From: an uncultured Verrucomicrobia subdivision 3 bacterium
GTDB taxonomy: Bacteria; Verrucomicrobiota; Verrucomicrobiia; Limisphaerales; UBA11358
Length of the DNA: 64,000 bases
Direction of reading: 5' to 3'
Assembly: GCA_903835255.1 (NCBI GenBank)
Contig: CAILMI010000064.1
Location: 1,233 to 65,232 of the forward strand
Both the position numbers and the translations under genes were made by a program. Shown here piece after piece: positions 29,475-38,391 of the stretch (the first letter of the stretch is position 1; the number at the start of each line of letters is the position of its first letter). The notes under the pieces are model-generated. The model saw only the letters and a program-made list of their open reading frames with translations. It ran no database searches and had not been told where the DNA came from.

Positions 29475-30419
29475 TCACACCCGCGTCTTGAAATAGGCGA
29501 TGGTTTTAGCCATGCCCTCGTTGAGCGGCACCTGGGGCTCCCATTTCAGGAGTTTTTTGGCCTTGGCGATGTCCGGCTTGCGCTGCTTGGGGTCGTCCTG
29601 CGGGAGCGGCCGGTGGACGATTTTGCTGCTCGAGCGGGTGGCTTTGAGGATGGCCTCCGCAAACTGGAGCATGGTCATCTCGTTCGGGTTGCCGATATTC
29701 ACCGGCAAGTCATAATCGCTGAGCATCAGACGGTAGATGCCTTCAATGAGATCGGAGACGTAACAGAAGCTGCGGGTCTGGGTGCCTTTGCCGAAAATCG
29801 TGATGGGCTTGTTGGTGAGCGCCTGGCTGACGAATGCGGGGACGACCCGCCCGTCATTCAGGCGCATCCGGGGGCCGTAGGTATTGAAGATGCGGACGAT
29901 GCGGGTGTCCACCTTGTGTTCCCGGTGGTAGGCCATAGTCAGGGCTTCGGCGAAACGCTTGGCCTCGTCGTAGCAGCCGCGCGGGCCGATGGTGCTGACG
30001 TTGCCCCAATATTCCTCAGTCTGCGGATGCACCAGCGGGTCGCCGTAAATTTCCGAGGTGGAAGCGACGAGGAAGCGGGCTTTTTTGTTTTTAGCCAGGC
30101 CGAGCGCCTTGTGGGTGCCCAGCGAGCCGACCTTCATGGTCTGGATCGGTATTTTTAGGTAATCAATCGGGCTGGCGGGCGAGGCGAAATGCCAGACGTA
30201 ATCCACCGGGCCGTCGAGGAAAATAAATTCCGTCACATCCTGCTGGATGAATTTGAAGTGGGGGTTGCCGCCGAGATGCGAGATGTTGTCGACGGAGCCG
30301 GTGACAAAATTATCAAGCCCGATGACCTTGTGGCCGCGGGATAACAGCAAGTCGGTGAGGTGCGATCCGAGAAATCCGGCCGCACCGGTGATGACGGAGG
30401 TGGGTTGTTTTTTTTTCAT
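29475..30419 (-). CDS. UDP-glucuronate decarboxylase (UDP-xylose synthase-like SDR)
   Basis: [13 protein letters not shown], catalytic YDEAKR (YxxxK), high overall UXS-like pattern. Start taken at ATG 30419 (MKKKQPT...), which removes the overlap with the upstream gene. Confidence 0.88.
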   Translation of the reverse strand: MKKKQPTSVITGAAGFLGSHLTDLLLSRGHKVIGLDNFVTGSVDNISHLGGNPHFKFIQQDVTEFIFLDGPVDYVWHFASPASPIDYLKIPIQTMKVGSLGTHKALGLAKNKKARFLVASTSEIYGDPLVHPQTEEYWGNVSTIGPRGCYDEAKRFAEALTMAYHREHKVDTRIVRIFNTYGPRMRLNDGRVVPAFVSQALTNKPITIFGKGTQTRSFCYVSDLIEGIYRLMLSDYDLPVNIGNPNEMTMLQFAEAILKATRSSSKIVHRPLPQDDPKQRKPDIAKAKKLLKWEPQVPLNEGMAKTIAYFKTRV

Positions 30420-30435
30420 CAAAGTCTGAGGTGAT

Positions 30436-31839
30436 TCATTTGGCACCTGTGCCGCGCAGGACGGCGGGCAGGGTGAGGATTAATATCTTGAGGTCCAGCC
30501 AGAGAGACCAGGTGTCGATGTATTCCAGATCGAGGCGGACCCATTCCTTGAAATCGGAGATCTGGCTGCGCCCGCTGACCTGCCAGAGGCCGGTGAGGCC
30601 GGGTTTTACGCTCAAGCGGCGGCGATGGGCCAGGTCCTCGAAGCGCTGGACTTCGTCCACCGGCAGGGGGCGCGGTCCGACCAGGCTCATCTCCCCGCGC
30701 AGAACATTCAAGAGCTGCGGCAGTTCATCGAGGCTGTATTTGCGGAGAAATTTTCCCAGCGGGGTCACGCGCGGATCGTTGGTGACCTTGAACACGGGGC
30801 CGGTCATTTCGTTCATGGCCTCCAGTTCGTGTTTGAGCTGGTCGGCATTGGTGATCATGGTGCGGAATTTAAAGAGCTGGAAGGGGGACCCGCTCATCCC
30901 GGCCCGCTGCTGGCGGAACCAAACTGGGCCGGGCGTGGAGAGCTTGATCGCAGCGGCGAGGATAAGAAACAGGGGTGCCAGAAGCACCAGCAAGACAAGG
31001 GCGCCGAAAAAATCCATGCCCTGCTTGCCGAGGCTTTGCCAGGAAACCTCGGGGGCGGTGCGGAAAACAAGCACCGGCCTTCCCAGCAATTCGTCGAAGC
31101 TGGTCCGGGAGATCTGGGCGTTGAAAAAATCAGCGATCAGCCAGACCTCGACTCCCTCCAGCTCGCAGGTGCGGATGATATATTCAACCTGTTCAAAACT
31201 GGCATGCTTGGCGCTTAAGACAACGCCGAAGGTGGAGTGATGATGAAGCAAGTCGACAATCCGGTTGGGGGAGCCCTCGGTCAGATTGAGTTCGGCGACG
31301 ATGTCGACACCCTCGTGGAGGTGGCGGAGTAGATCCTGGCGCATCTGGGGGATTTCCGGTGTGGTGCCGACGAGGATGAAGCTGCGCTTGAGCTGCGACC
31401 GCACCATCCGGGTGCGCAACGCCCACCGCACTAGCATTTCTTTTCCATAGACCAGAACGAAACTGATGATGCCAAAGAACACCATCATGATGCGCGGGGT
31501 AATGAAGTGCAGCGCATACATCAACAATACCAGGCTCAAGGTCGTGATAAGGCAGCCCTTGAACAGCGACCAGAGGAGGGATTGTTGTGAGCCCAGCGGG
31601 GAACGCTTATAAAAACCCTGAGATTCCAGGATGAGCGGGGCGGCGGGAATCAGCGCGACGAAAAGCCAGACGAGCTTTTCCGAGTCGAGTATCTCGTCAT
31701 TAATTAATGGCAGGTTGAGCCTGGTAATGATGGCGTTATTGCTGCGCAAGTCATAGGCGATCCAAAAGCTGGCCGCAAAAAGGCAGGCATCCACCAGTTG
31801 ATGGATCTGGGTGCGGATCTTCCGGGCGCGTTGCAACAT
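30436..31839 (-). CDS. Polyprenyl-phosphate hexose-1-phosphate transferase (WbaP/EpsB-type priming sugar transferase)
   Basis: 467 aa. N-terminal TM block plus C-terminal bacterial sugar-transferase domain ([27 protein letters not shown]). Confidence 0.9.
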   Translation of the reverse strand: MLQRARKIRTQIHQLVDACLFAASFWIAYDLRSNNAIITRLNLPLINDEILDSEKLVWLFVALIPAAPLILESQGFYKRSPLGSQQSLLWSLFKGCLITTLSLVLLMYALHFITPRIMMVFFGIISFVLVYGKEMLVRWALRTRMVRSQLKRSFILVGTTPEIPQMRQDLLRHLHEGVDIVAELNLTEGSPNRIVDLLHHHSTFGVVLSAKHASFEQVEYIIRTCELEGVEVWLIADFFNAQISRTSFDELLGRPVLVFRTAPEVSWQSLGKQGMDFFGALVLLVLLAPLFLILAAAIKLSTPGPVWFRQQRAGMSGSPFQLFKFRTMITNADQLKHELEAMNEMTGPVFKVTNDPRVTPLGKFLRKYSLDELPQLLNVLRGEMSLVGPRPLPVDEVQRFEDLAHRRRLSVKPGLTGLWQVSGRSQISDFKEWVRLDLEYIDTWSLWLDLKILILTLPAVLRGTGAK

Positions 31840-31898
31840 GTTTTTTAGTTCTGGGACGAAATCAGGATAACTAACCCAGATAAAATCTCAATAGGGAG

Positions 31899-32612
31899 TT
31901 AATGGTGCGCCGGTGCCGGCTGAAACTCCGGCATGGAGCGGGCGATCAAGGCTTTCATTTGTTCAAAGGTCGCCTCTTCCTCGCCTGGAGGGCACAGGGC
32001 AAAATAAGAGATATAAGCCCAGCGCTGCAAAACCCCGGTGCATATCAGGTCGCGGGCCATCCACCACATCCGCAGATAATTATCCGTGGTCTGCTGTCCG
32101 TCGGCGACGAACCAGAAAACGTAGATTCCGCTGACGGCCTGTTTTTGGCCATCCGGTGTCTGGTAAACATTGCTGATGTTCCATTGGGCCACGGGCAATG
32201 AATAGGGATGCGGACCGGCCACTGGAATTGCCACCGCAGTTTTTTTGTTAATAGTCCAACCCTGGCCCGGCAGGCAGTAATCCGGCTTGTGAATGCTCGT
32301 CCGGTCCGCCCCCATGAGAATGGCCGTGCCGTTGATTTGCAGGCCGTTGGTCGCGGTGTACAGCCGCCCGGAATAGCTAGTATCCTTGGGGAGATAATTC
32401 ACCACGATCTCCGGCTCGGGCACGTTCGTGGAGGTAAAACCCGCCACCTGTTCGGGCAAATCAATCCGACCCATCACGCTACCGGGAATCGGGGTGAACT
32501 GGATGCCCGGCTTGCCGAGCGTTTGATGCGACCGCAGCCACGTCAAGGCCCCAGCCGTCCCCGCCATCAACACGAGCGCAATCACCAGGATCAAAGGCTT
32601 GGATGGCTTCAT
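31899..32612 (-). CDS. Exosortase-associated EpsI-family protein
   Basis: N-terminal anchor MKPSKPLILVIALVLMAG. EpsI-type core SIHKPDYCLPGQGWTI. 4-nt overlap with the exosortase gene. Start at ATG 32612. Confidence 0.8.
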   Translation of the reverse strand: MKPSKPLILVIALVLMAGTAGALTWLRSHQTLGKPGIQFTPIPGSVMGRIDLPEQVAGFTSTNVPEPEIVVNYLPKDTSYSGRLYTATNGLQINGTAILMGADRTSIHKPDYCLPGQGWTINKKTAVAIPVAGPHPYSLPVAQWNISNVYQTPDGQKQAVSGIYVFWFVADGQQTTDNYLRMWWMARDLICTGVLQRWAYISYFALCPPGEEEATFEQMKALIARSMPEFQPAPAHH

Positions 32613-33661
32613 GCGGATTCCTTGCCTGCGATCTCTTTTTTGTCGGCACGGCATTCCAGCCGGCGTCCGATCCAGAGCAGTCCGAGGATTCCTGGCAGGT
32701 AGGGGATCAGGCTAAAAATCCCGCCGGGGCCGCCTTCGTGGATGTAATTGCCCCAGTCCTGCCCGCCCATTTCCGCCGCCAGCAGGATGCACAGCAGTCG
32801 GGCAAAATTGCCGAGCACCGCGAACGGGAGCGCAAGGGCCATGAGGAAAATTCGGGGGCCGGTCGAGCGGAACGCGCCAAACGCATAGACGGTTGAGAGC
32901 AGGAATAGGGCGATCAAGCTCCGCATCCCGCCGCAGGCCGCTGCAACCTCATATTGATAATGTCCCGACGGATCCAGCAGCTGGGTGCCGTGCCGGATAA
33001 TATTGATGCCGATCAAGTGGGCGGCCATTTCCACCAACCAAGTCACCAGCAATCGCAGCGGGAACAGGATGAAATTCAGCTGCGACATCAGCGGTATGGA
33101 AAAAATAAACAGGAAAAAAGGATAGGAACTATGCCGCAGCCAAGCGGGCCCCCAAGCCAGGCCCATCAACGCATAAATTCCGCCGAGCAGCGCGAGGATC
33201 GAAGGAATTGGCTGTTGGATGAGATAGCCAAAAACGTGCAACGCCATTGCCGATGCCAGCAGCAGTAACCCCGGCCACCAGAGCTGCAGCGGCAAAGCGA
33301 GCAGTTCCTTCCGCTTCCACCAGAAAAGGCCGATGACCAGAAAGGGGATCAGTTTGCCATGGCTGGCATCATTCAACTCGCCGCCAACGGTGTAGGAATC
33401 ATAAAGCCACGTAAACAAGGACGACGTGTGAACATAACCGAGAATGGAATTACCCCAAAACTGGAACAACGCCACCCACGCTGTCAGCAGGATGAAGAAA
33501 AAAAACTTGTTCGGCAGTCGCCGCCAGCACGCGAGGGTGTCCGTCCGCCAATCTATCGGGTCAGTTTTGATTTCGCGGGGGTTCATTTGCCAAGTTGCAG
33601 CCATCAGATAACCAAACCGGCGGATTTGCTCAAACATATTCTGGGCAAAAAGCATTGGCAT
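32609..33661 (-). CDS. Exosortase (Xrt family transpeptidase)
   Basis: 350-aa polytopic protein with the catalytic-Cys context VAAACGGMRSL, the Arg motif GNFARL and the downstream His region YIHEGGPG. The subtype cannot be assigned by eye. Confidence 0.88.
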   Translation of the reverse strand: MPMLFAQNMFEQIRRFGYLMAATWQMNPREIKTDPIDWRTDTLACWRRLPNKFFFFILLTAWVALFQFWGNSILGYVHTSSLFTWLYDSYTVGGELNDASHGKLIPFLVIGLFWWKRKELLALPLQLWWPGLLLLASAMALHVFGYLIQQPIPSILALLGGIYALMGLAWGPAWLRHSSYPFFLFIFSIPLMSQLNFILFPLRLLVTWLVEMAAHLIGINIIRHGTQLLDPSGHYQYEVAAACGGMRSLIALFLLSTVYAFGAFRSTGPRIFLMALALPFAVLGNFARLLCILLAAEMGGQDWGNYIHEGGPGGIFSLIPYLPGILGLLWIGRRLECRADKKEIAGKESA

Positions 33662-33818
33662 CTGGGCGATTCCCAGACAACACGCCGAGGGTTGGAGATG
33701 GAAGGGCTGGAAGTCAACTGGACGTAATCACGGAGCCCCGTCCGGGGTCAAGCGGCGATCCTAATACGGAGGCGTGAAGAACCGCCCGGGGCGGGAGTCA
33801 GAGCGTCCGCAGTAGCAG

Positions 33819-34928
33819 TCAGCGGGTGAAAAACTCGTGGATCACCGCCGACACCCGCTGGATCTGGGCCTCGGTCAACTCCGGATAGACTGGCAGGCTT
33901 AGGCATTCGCGCGCGGCTTTTTCCGCCACGGGAAAATCGCCCGCCTGATAGCCGAGGCTCGCATAGCATTTCTGCAGGTGCAGCGGCAGCGGATAATGCA
34001 GCGCGCAGCCGACACCTTGCGCATCGAGATACTCCTTTAACTTGTCACGCTGCGGATGCCGGACGACGTAGAGATGATAGGCGCTTTCGGCGTAGGCCGC
34101 CTCCCGCGGGAGCTGCAGTGGGGTGTCCTGGAGCAGCGCATGGTAGCGGTGCGCCACGCGGCGGCGCTCCGCCGTCCACCGCTGCAAATGCGGCAGCTTC
34201 ACGCCGAGCACCGCGCCCTGAATGCCTTCCATGCGGTAATTAAACCCGACTTCATCGTGATAATAACGGACGGTGGAGCCGTGCTCGCGCAACGAACGCG
34301 CGCGTTTGGCAAATTCTGCGTTGTTGGTCACGAGCGCGCCCCCTTCGCCGCAGGCTCCCAGGTTTTTGCCGGGATAAAAACTGAAGCAGGACATCTCTCC
34401 GAACGTGCCAACCTTTTTGCCCCTGTAAGTTGCGGCATGCGACTGCGCGGCGTCTTCCACCAGCGGCAGCCGATGCTTGCGACAGATTTCCAGAATCGGG
34501 TCCAGATCGAAAGAATGCCCGTAAAGATGGACAGGCATCACCGCCCTAGTTTTTGACGTGATGGCGCGCTCGATCTGTTTCGGGTCGAGATTCATCGTTC
34601 CCTCCTCAATATCCACATAGACCGGCTTTGCGCCGACATAGGAAATCGCCCAGCTCGTCGCCACGAATGTGTAGGGCGTGGTGATCACTTCATCCCCCGG
34701 CTTGATGTCGAGCAGCAGCAGCGCAACATGCAGGGCCGATGTTCCGCTATTGAAGGCAACGGAATGCTGCGCGCCGACGAATGCGGCGAAATCTTTTTCA
34801 AACTGCACCACGTCCGGGCCCAGGCAAAACGAACAGTTGTCCAGAGTGCGGGCGATGGCGGCGTCCAGCTCCTTGCGGACGCTGCGGATTTGGGCCGGGA
34901 GATCCAGGTAGGGGATTTTTTCGCTCAT
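33819..34928 (-). CDS. DegT/DnrJ/EryC1/StrS-family sugar aminotransferase
   Basis: PLP-lysine context FSFYPGKNLGA, with the typical N-terminus IPYLDL. Start moved to ATG 34928. Confidence 0.9.
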   Translation of the reverse strand: MSEKIPYLDLPAQIRSVRKELDAAIARTLDNCSFCLGPDVVQFEKDFAAFVGAQHSVAFNSGTSALHVALLLLDIKPGDEVITTPYTFVATSWAISYVGAKPVYVDIEEGTMNLDPKQIERAITSKTRAVMPVHLYGHSFDLDPILEICRKHRLPLVEDAAQSHAATYRGKKVGTFGEMSCFSFYPGKNLGACGEGGALVTNNAEFAKRARSLREHGSTVRYYHDEVGFNYRMEGIQGAVLGVKLPHLQRWTAERRRVAHRYHALLQDTPLQLPREAAYAESAYHLYVVRHPQRDKLKEYLDAQGVGCALHYPLPLHLQKCYASLGYQAGDFPVAEKAARECLSLPVYPELTEAQIQRVSAVIHEFFTR

Positions 34929-35066
34929 TGCCGGAGAAAATAGTCCGATGAATGGCATTTGAAAAGCCACAATCGCTCCCACAGAAGGAATAATTAATCC
35001 TAATCTCAGTGCTCGGCAGGGATAGCGCGCTGCTGCGCCGCCCTGAGGGGGCACCCGCTACGACCG

Positions 35067-36884
35067 TCAGTCGCGGAATTGAAGTTCGTAGAGCTTTTGA
35101 TAGACCCCGCCGCGGGCGATCAGTTCGTCGTGCCGGCCCGTCTCCACAATTCGGCCCTGATCCATGACCACGATCAGATCCGCATGCAGGATGGTCGAAA
35201 GCCGGTGCGCGATGCACAGCGTGGTGCGACCCTTCATCAGTTCGTCCAACGCGGTCTGAACCGCCCTTTCCGATTCGGTGTCCAGCGCGTTGGTCGCCTC
35301 ATCCAGAATGAGGATGGGGGCATTCCGCAGCACGGCGCGGGCGATCGCCAGGCGTTGGCGCTGACCGCCGGACAGCATGACGCCCTTTTCGCCGATGACG
35401 GTGTCATAGCCTTCGGGCTTCTCTGAGATGAAGGCATGGGCGTGGGCGTGGCGGGCGGCGGCGCGGATCTCCTCCTGCGAGGCGCCGGGGCGCCCGAGCT
35501 CAATGTTCTGGCCGATGGTGTCGTTGAACAGCACAGTTTCCTGGGTGACAACGGCGATCTGGTTGCGCAAGTCGCGCGTGGTGAATTCCCGGATGTCCAC
35601 GCCGCCGATACGGACGACCCCGCGCCGCGGGTCATAAAAGCGGAGCAGCAGATTGGAGAGCGTTGTCTTACCGGACCCGCTGGCGCCGACTAGCGCCACG
35701 AGCTGCCCCGATTTGATGGAGAGGTTAATGTGATGCAGCGCGAGTTTATCGCCATAGGCGAACTCGACCTGGTCGAACTGGATGTCCGCGCTCTCGGCGC
35801 GGAGCAGGCGAGGCTGGAGGGGTTCGGGCACGGTGCTTTCCGTGGCGAGCAGCGCAAAGGCCCGCTCGCTGGCGGCGCGCGCCTGGACAATCTGATTCTG
35901 CAGTCGCGTCAGATTTTTCAACGGCTGATACATGGCGAAGATGGAGCCAACCAGCTGCAGGAAATCCGTGGGGTTGGGGCCGGCCTGCGCATGGTTGATT
36001 AAATACAAGAGCACGAAGGCGACGCCGCACGAGCCGAAGAATTCAATCAGCGGTCCGGGAATTTCCATCGCCCGGATGTTCCGCATATAATGGCCAACAA
36101 TCCTGCGGGCGGTGCTGCGGAACTTTTCCGCCGCGATTCCCTCCAGGTTGTAGGCCTTGACGATGCGATGGCCGGTGAAGGCCTCGCTCATGATCTGCGT
36201 CAGTTCGGCGGACTGGGCCTGCATCTGACGGCTGTTGCGGCGCACCTTGCGGCTGAAAATGGCAATGGGGATCACGCATACCGGCAGTGCGACCAGAGAG
36301 ATGAGGGTGAGCCGAGGCTGCTGGTAGAACAAGAATCCCAGAATGCCGATCAGGGTGACCGGGTCGCGGATGATCACCGAGGTCGCATTGCTCAGAATGG
36401 TCTGCAGCGCCTGGGTGTCGGCAATCACACGCGAGATGAGCTGGCCGGAGGAGTTTTGCGTATAAAAACCGGCGGACAGGTTGAGCAGATGGGCAAACAG
36501 CCGGGTCCGTAAATCTGCGATAGTGCGGCTGGCCGTCCACTGCAGAAAATACACATTTAAATAACCCGAAACCCCTCGGAGGAACATAACGCAGGGGATC
36601 GCGGCGATGAGCATGAACACGGCCGAGGGATGGGCGTGCAGACCGCTCTCGAGACCTGCGCGCACGGAGCCAAACCAGTCCTGCACAAAACCGGGCACCT
36701 TCATCGGCAGCCGACCCGTCGCCACTGTGTTTGCCGAGGGGAATACTGCCCCGTAGACGAACATGATCGTCCCGATCAGAAGGGGCGACAGCAGGCCGCT
36801 GAGGATGCCCGTCGCCACGCCGATGAAAAGCCGAGCGCGATAGGGCCGGGCCAGACCCCAGACCTTGAAAAGAAAAGCCAGCAT
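35067..36884 (-). CDS. ABC transporter, fused permease/ATPase (MsbA-like exporter)
   Basis: Six-TM exporter domain; Walker A GASGSGKTT, signature LSGGQRQR, Walker B ILILDEAT. Confidence 0.9.
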   Translation of the reverse strand: MLAFLFKVWGLARPYRARLFIGVATGILSGLLSPLLIGTIMFVYGAVFPSANTVATGRLPMKVPGFVQDWFGSVRAGLESGLHAHPSAVFMLIAAIPCVMFLRGVSGYLNVYFLQWTASRTIADLRTRLFAHLLNLSAGFYTQNSSGQLISRVIADTQALQTILSNATSVIIRDPVTLIGILGFLFYQQPRLTLISLVALPVCVIPIAIFSRKVRRNSRQMQAQSAELTQIMSEAFTGHRIVKAYNLEGIAAEKFRSTARRIVGHYMRNIRAMEIPGPLIEFFGSCGVAFVLLYLINHAQAGPNPTDFLQLVGSIFAMYQPLKNLTRLQNQIVQARAASERAFALLATESTVPEPLQPRLLRAESADIQFDQVEFAYGDKLALHHINLSIKSGQLVALVGASGSGKTTLSNLLLRFYDPRRGVVRIGGVDIREFTTRDLRNQIAVVTQETVLFNDTIGQNIELGRPGASQEEIRAAARHAHAHAFISEKPEGYDTVIGEKGVMLSGGQRQRLAIARAVLRNAPILILDEATNALDTESERAVQTALDELMKGRTTLCIAHRLSTILHADLIVVMDQGRIVETGRHDELIARGGVYQKLYELQFRD

Positions 36885-37114
36885 AAATCAGCGCGCAATA
36901 TGCCGCCGCCGGCCGATCAACGCGAGCAGTTTGTCGGGGGTTTTTTTGCGTAACGTTCTCCTGATCTTCATTCTCTTAGAGTAAGGTCAATTTTTGGCGC
37001 TCTCATTTGAAGATGCGGGCGCCGCGAGTGCGGCGTTTAATTTCCTAATTGACGCGCTCCATGGCATTGGAAGTGCGGAGTTTTTTTCTGGTGTTCGACT
37101 GGCCTCGCCGCGCG

Positions 37115-37281
37115 CCAGTTCTCCAACGGTAGCGCACCGGCATGTATCCCGTGGCGTCATTGCTGAGCGGCTGAGATCACCCTCGCCCTCTCAAACTATT
37201 GGGCGTCAATCCTAAAAAGATTCAGCCCAAACTCCGAAGCTCAAGCCGTTATTGGTTCTACTTGGAATTCGGGTTCAATGG
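37115..37281 (+). repeat. Degenerate third copy of the composite intergenic repeat
   Basis: CCAGTTCTCCAACGGTAGCGCACC (37115-37138) resembles module 1 plus the GGTAGGGCGC junction. CCGAAGCTCAAGCCGTTATT (37234-37253) is a weak match to module 2. It ends with a GAATTY motif copy at 37262-37281, at the same relative position as in copy C. Confidence 0.4.
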
Positions 37282-37542
37282 TCTTGGAAGTCACAACGCT
37301 TCAGGTAGAGATGCCGCGCGGCGGCGTCTCCTTCGCCGAGCGCAGCGTCAGGCGACGGAAGGCGACAGGCAAGGCGGATGTCTTATCCCCATTTGTTCCG
37401 CCCTGCCGGGCGGGGATAGGGTAGGGCTGCTGACGCTACCACGCCTGGCGCGAACTTCTATATCAGAATTTGGGTTTTAGATGCGTCTGCTCTGATTTGG
37501 TGTTTGACGCCGGAACGCAAAAGGAGGAAAACAGTCGCAGCC

Positions 37543-38169
37543 ATGAAAATTAAAACTTGGGTCGCGGGGCTGTTGGCTCTGGTCTTTATAGTCAACTCCA
37601 TCCTGCTCTTCTCCGCCAACCGGAAAAAAGATGAGGCGCTGGTATCTTTCCATGTTGAAAAGGACCGGGCGGAACAATTGCAGACCCAACTGGACGCGCT
37701 CAAGAATTCCAATGCCGGGGTGCAGGCGGCGGAAGTCGCCCGGCTGCGCGCCGATAATCAGAATCTTCCGCGCCTGCGCAATCAGGTCACGCAATTGCAG
37801 GCGGCCAACCAGAAATTATCGCAGCAATTGAATGCCACCCTCACCGCCGCCCAGCAGCAGCAGGCCCAATTGGAGCAGATTGCCGCTGAAAACCAGCAGG
37901 TCCGCGCCGCCGCTCAGGAGGCGGATGCCGCCACTGAGCGCAACGCCTGCATCAATGATCTGCGCCAGATCGACGCCGCTAAGCAGCAATGGGCTCTGGA
38001 AAAAAACAAGACGGCGGAGGCCATCCCCACCGAACAGGACCTCGCCTCCTACCTCAAGTTGGACCCCAGCGGGAATCTGCCCAAATGCCCTTCGGGCGGC
38101 TCCTACACGCTCAATGCCGTGGGCGAGTTGCCGGCCTGTTCGATTCCAGACCATGTGCTGCCGCAGTGA
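37543..38169 (+). CDS. Membrane-anchored coiled-coil protein with Cys-containing C-terminal domain (uncharacterised)
   Basis: Start at ATG 37543, with AAGGAGG 16 nt upstream. TM WVAGLLALVFIVNSILLF; ~100 aa of Q/A/L-rich heptad-like sequence; C-terminal module ACINDLRQIDAAKQQWALEKNK...CPSGGSYTL...PACS. Confidence 0.7.
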   Translation: MKIKTWVAGLLALVFIVNSILLFSANRKKDEALVSFHVEKDRAEQLQTQLDALKNSNAGVQAAEVARLRADNQNLPRLRNQVTQLQAANQKLSQQLNATLTAAQQQQAQLEQIAAENQQVRAAAQEADAATERNACINDLRQIDAAKQQWALEKNKTAEAIPTEQDLASYLKLDPSGNLPKCPSGGSYTLNAVGELPACSIPDHVLPQ

Positions 38170-38391
38170 TGATTGGGCCTCATTCCTGAGGGGACGGGCT
38201 TAAAAATAGGGACCCGTCCCATTGGCCCATTGTCGTTTCATCCTGATCTTCCCGGTTTCCTGCTCGGGGCGCACCCGGTCCGGCTTTGATGTTCAAGTGC
38301 TCCTGGGTGAATAATCCGGGTCCGGAAATCTTCCGAATTTCCGTTTGCCATGTCTCCTGGTGCAAGTTAGCCTTCGTCTTTCATTTCACTT

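Noticed and set aside
30441-30456. Sigma-54 -24-like hexamers (TGGCAC), looked for because an NtrC-like activator is encoded here. Sites: 30441 plus strand (TGGCACCTGTGCCGC), 601-606 minus strand (TGGCACAGTTGCG), and others at 4213, 11094 and 12536, plus the minus-strand site at 5040-5045.
   Set aside because: None has TTGC at the required N5 spacing. Most lie inside coding sequence or point away from any gene. No credible sigma-54 promoter is supported.
34671-34678. The GTAGGGCG octamer inside degT, and GCCCTAC inside mutL at 14494-14500, considered as extra copies of the palindrome terminus.
   Set aside because: Both are in-frame coding sequence (TPYT / MPYT contexts) without the rest of the element. 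They show that the short terminus alone occurs by chance in this GC-rich DNA, so only the longer module matches are used as evidence.
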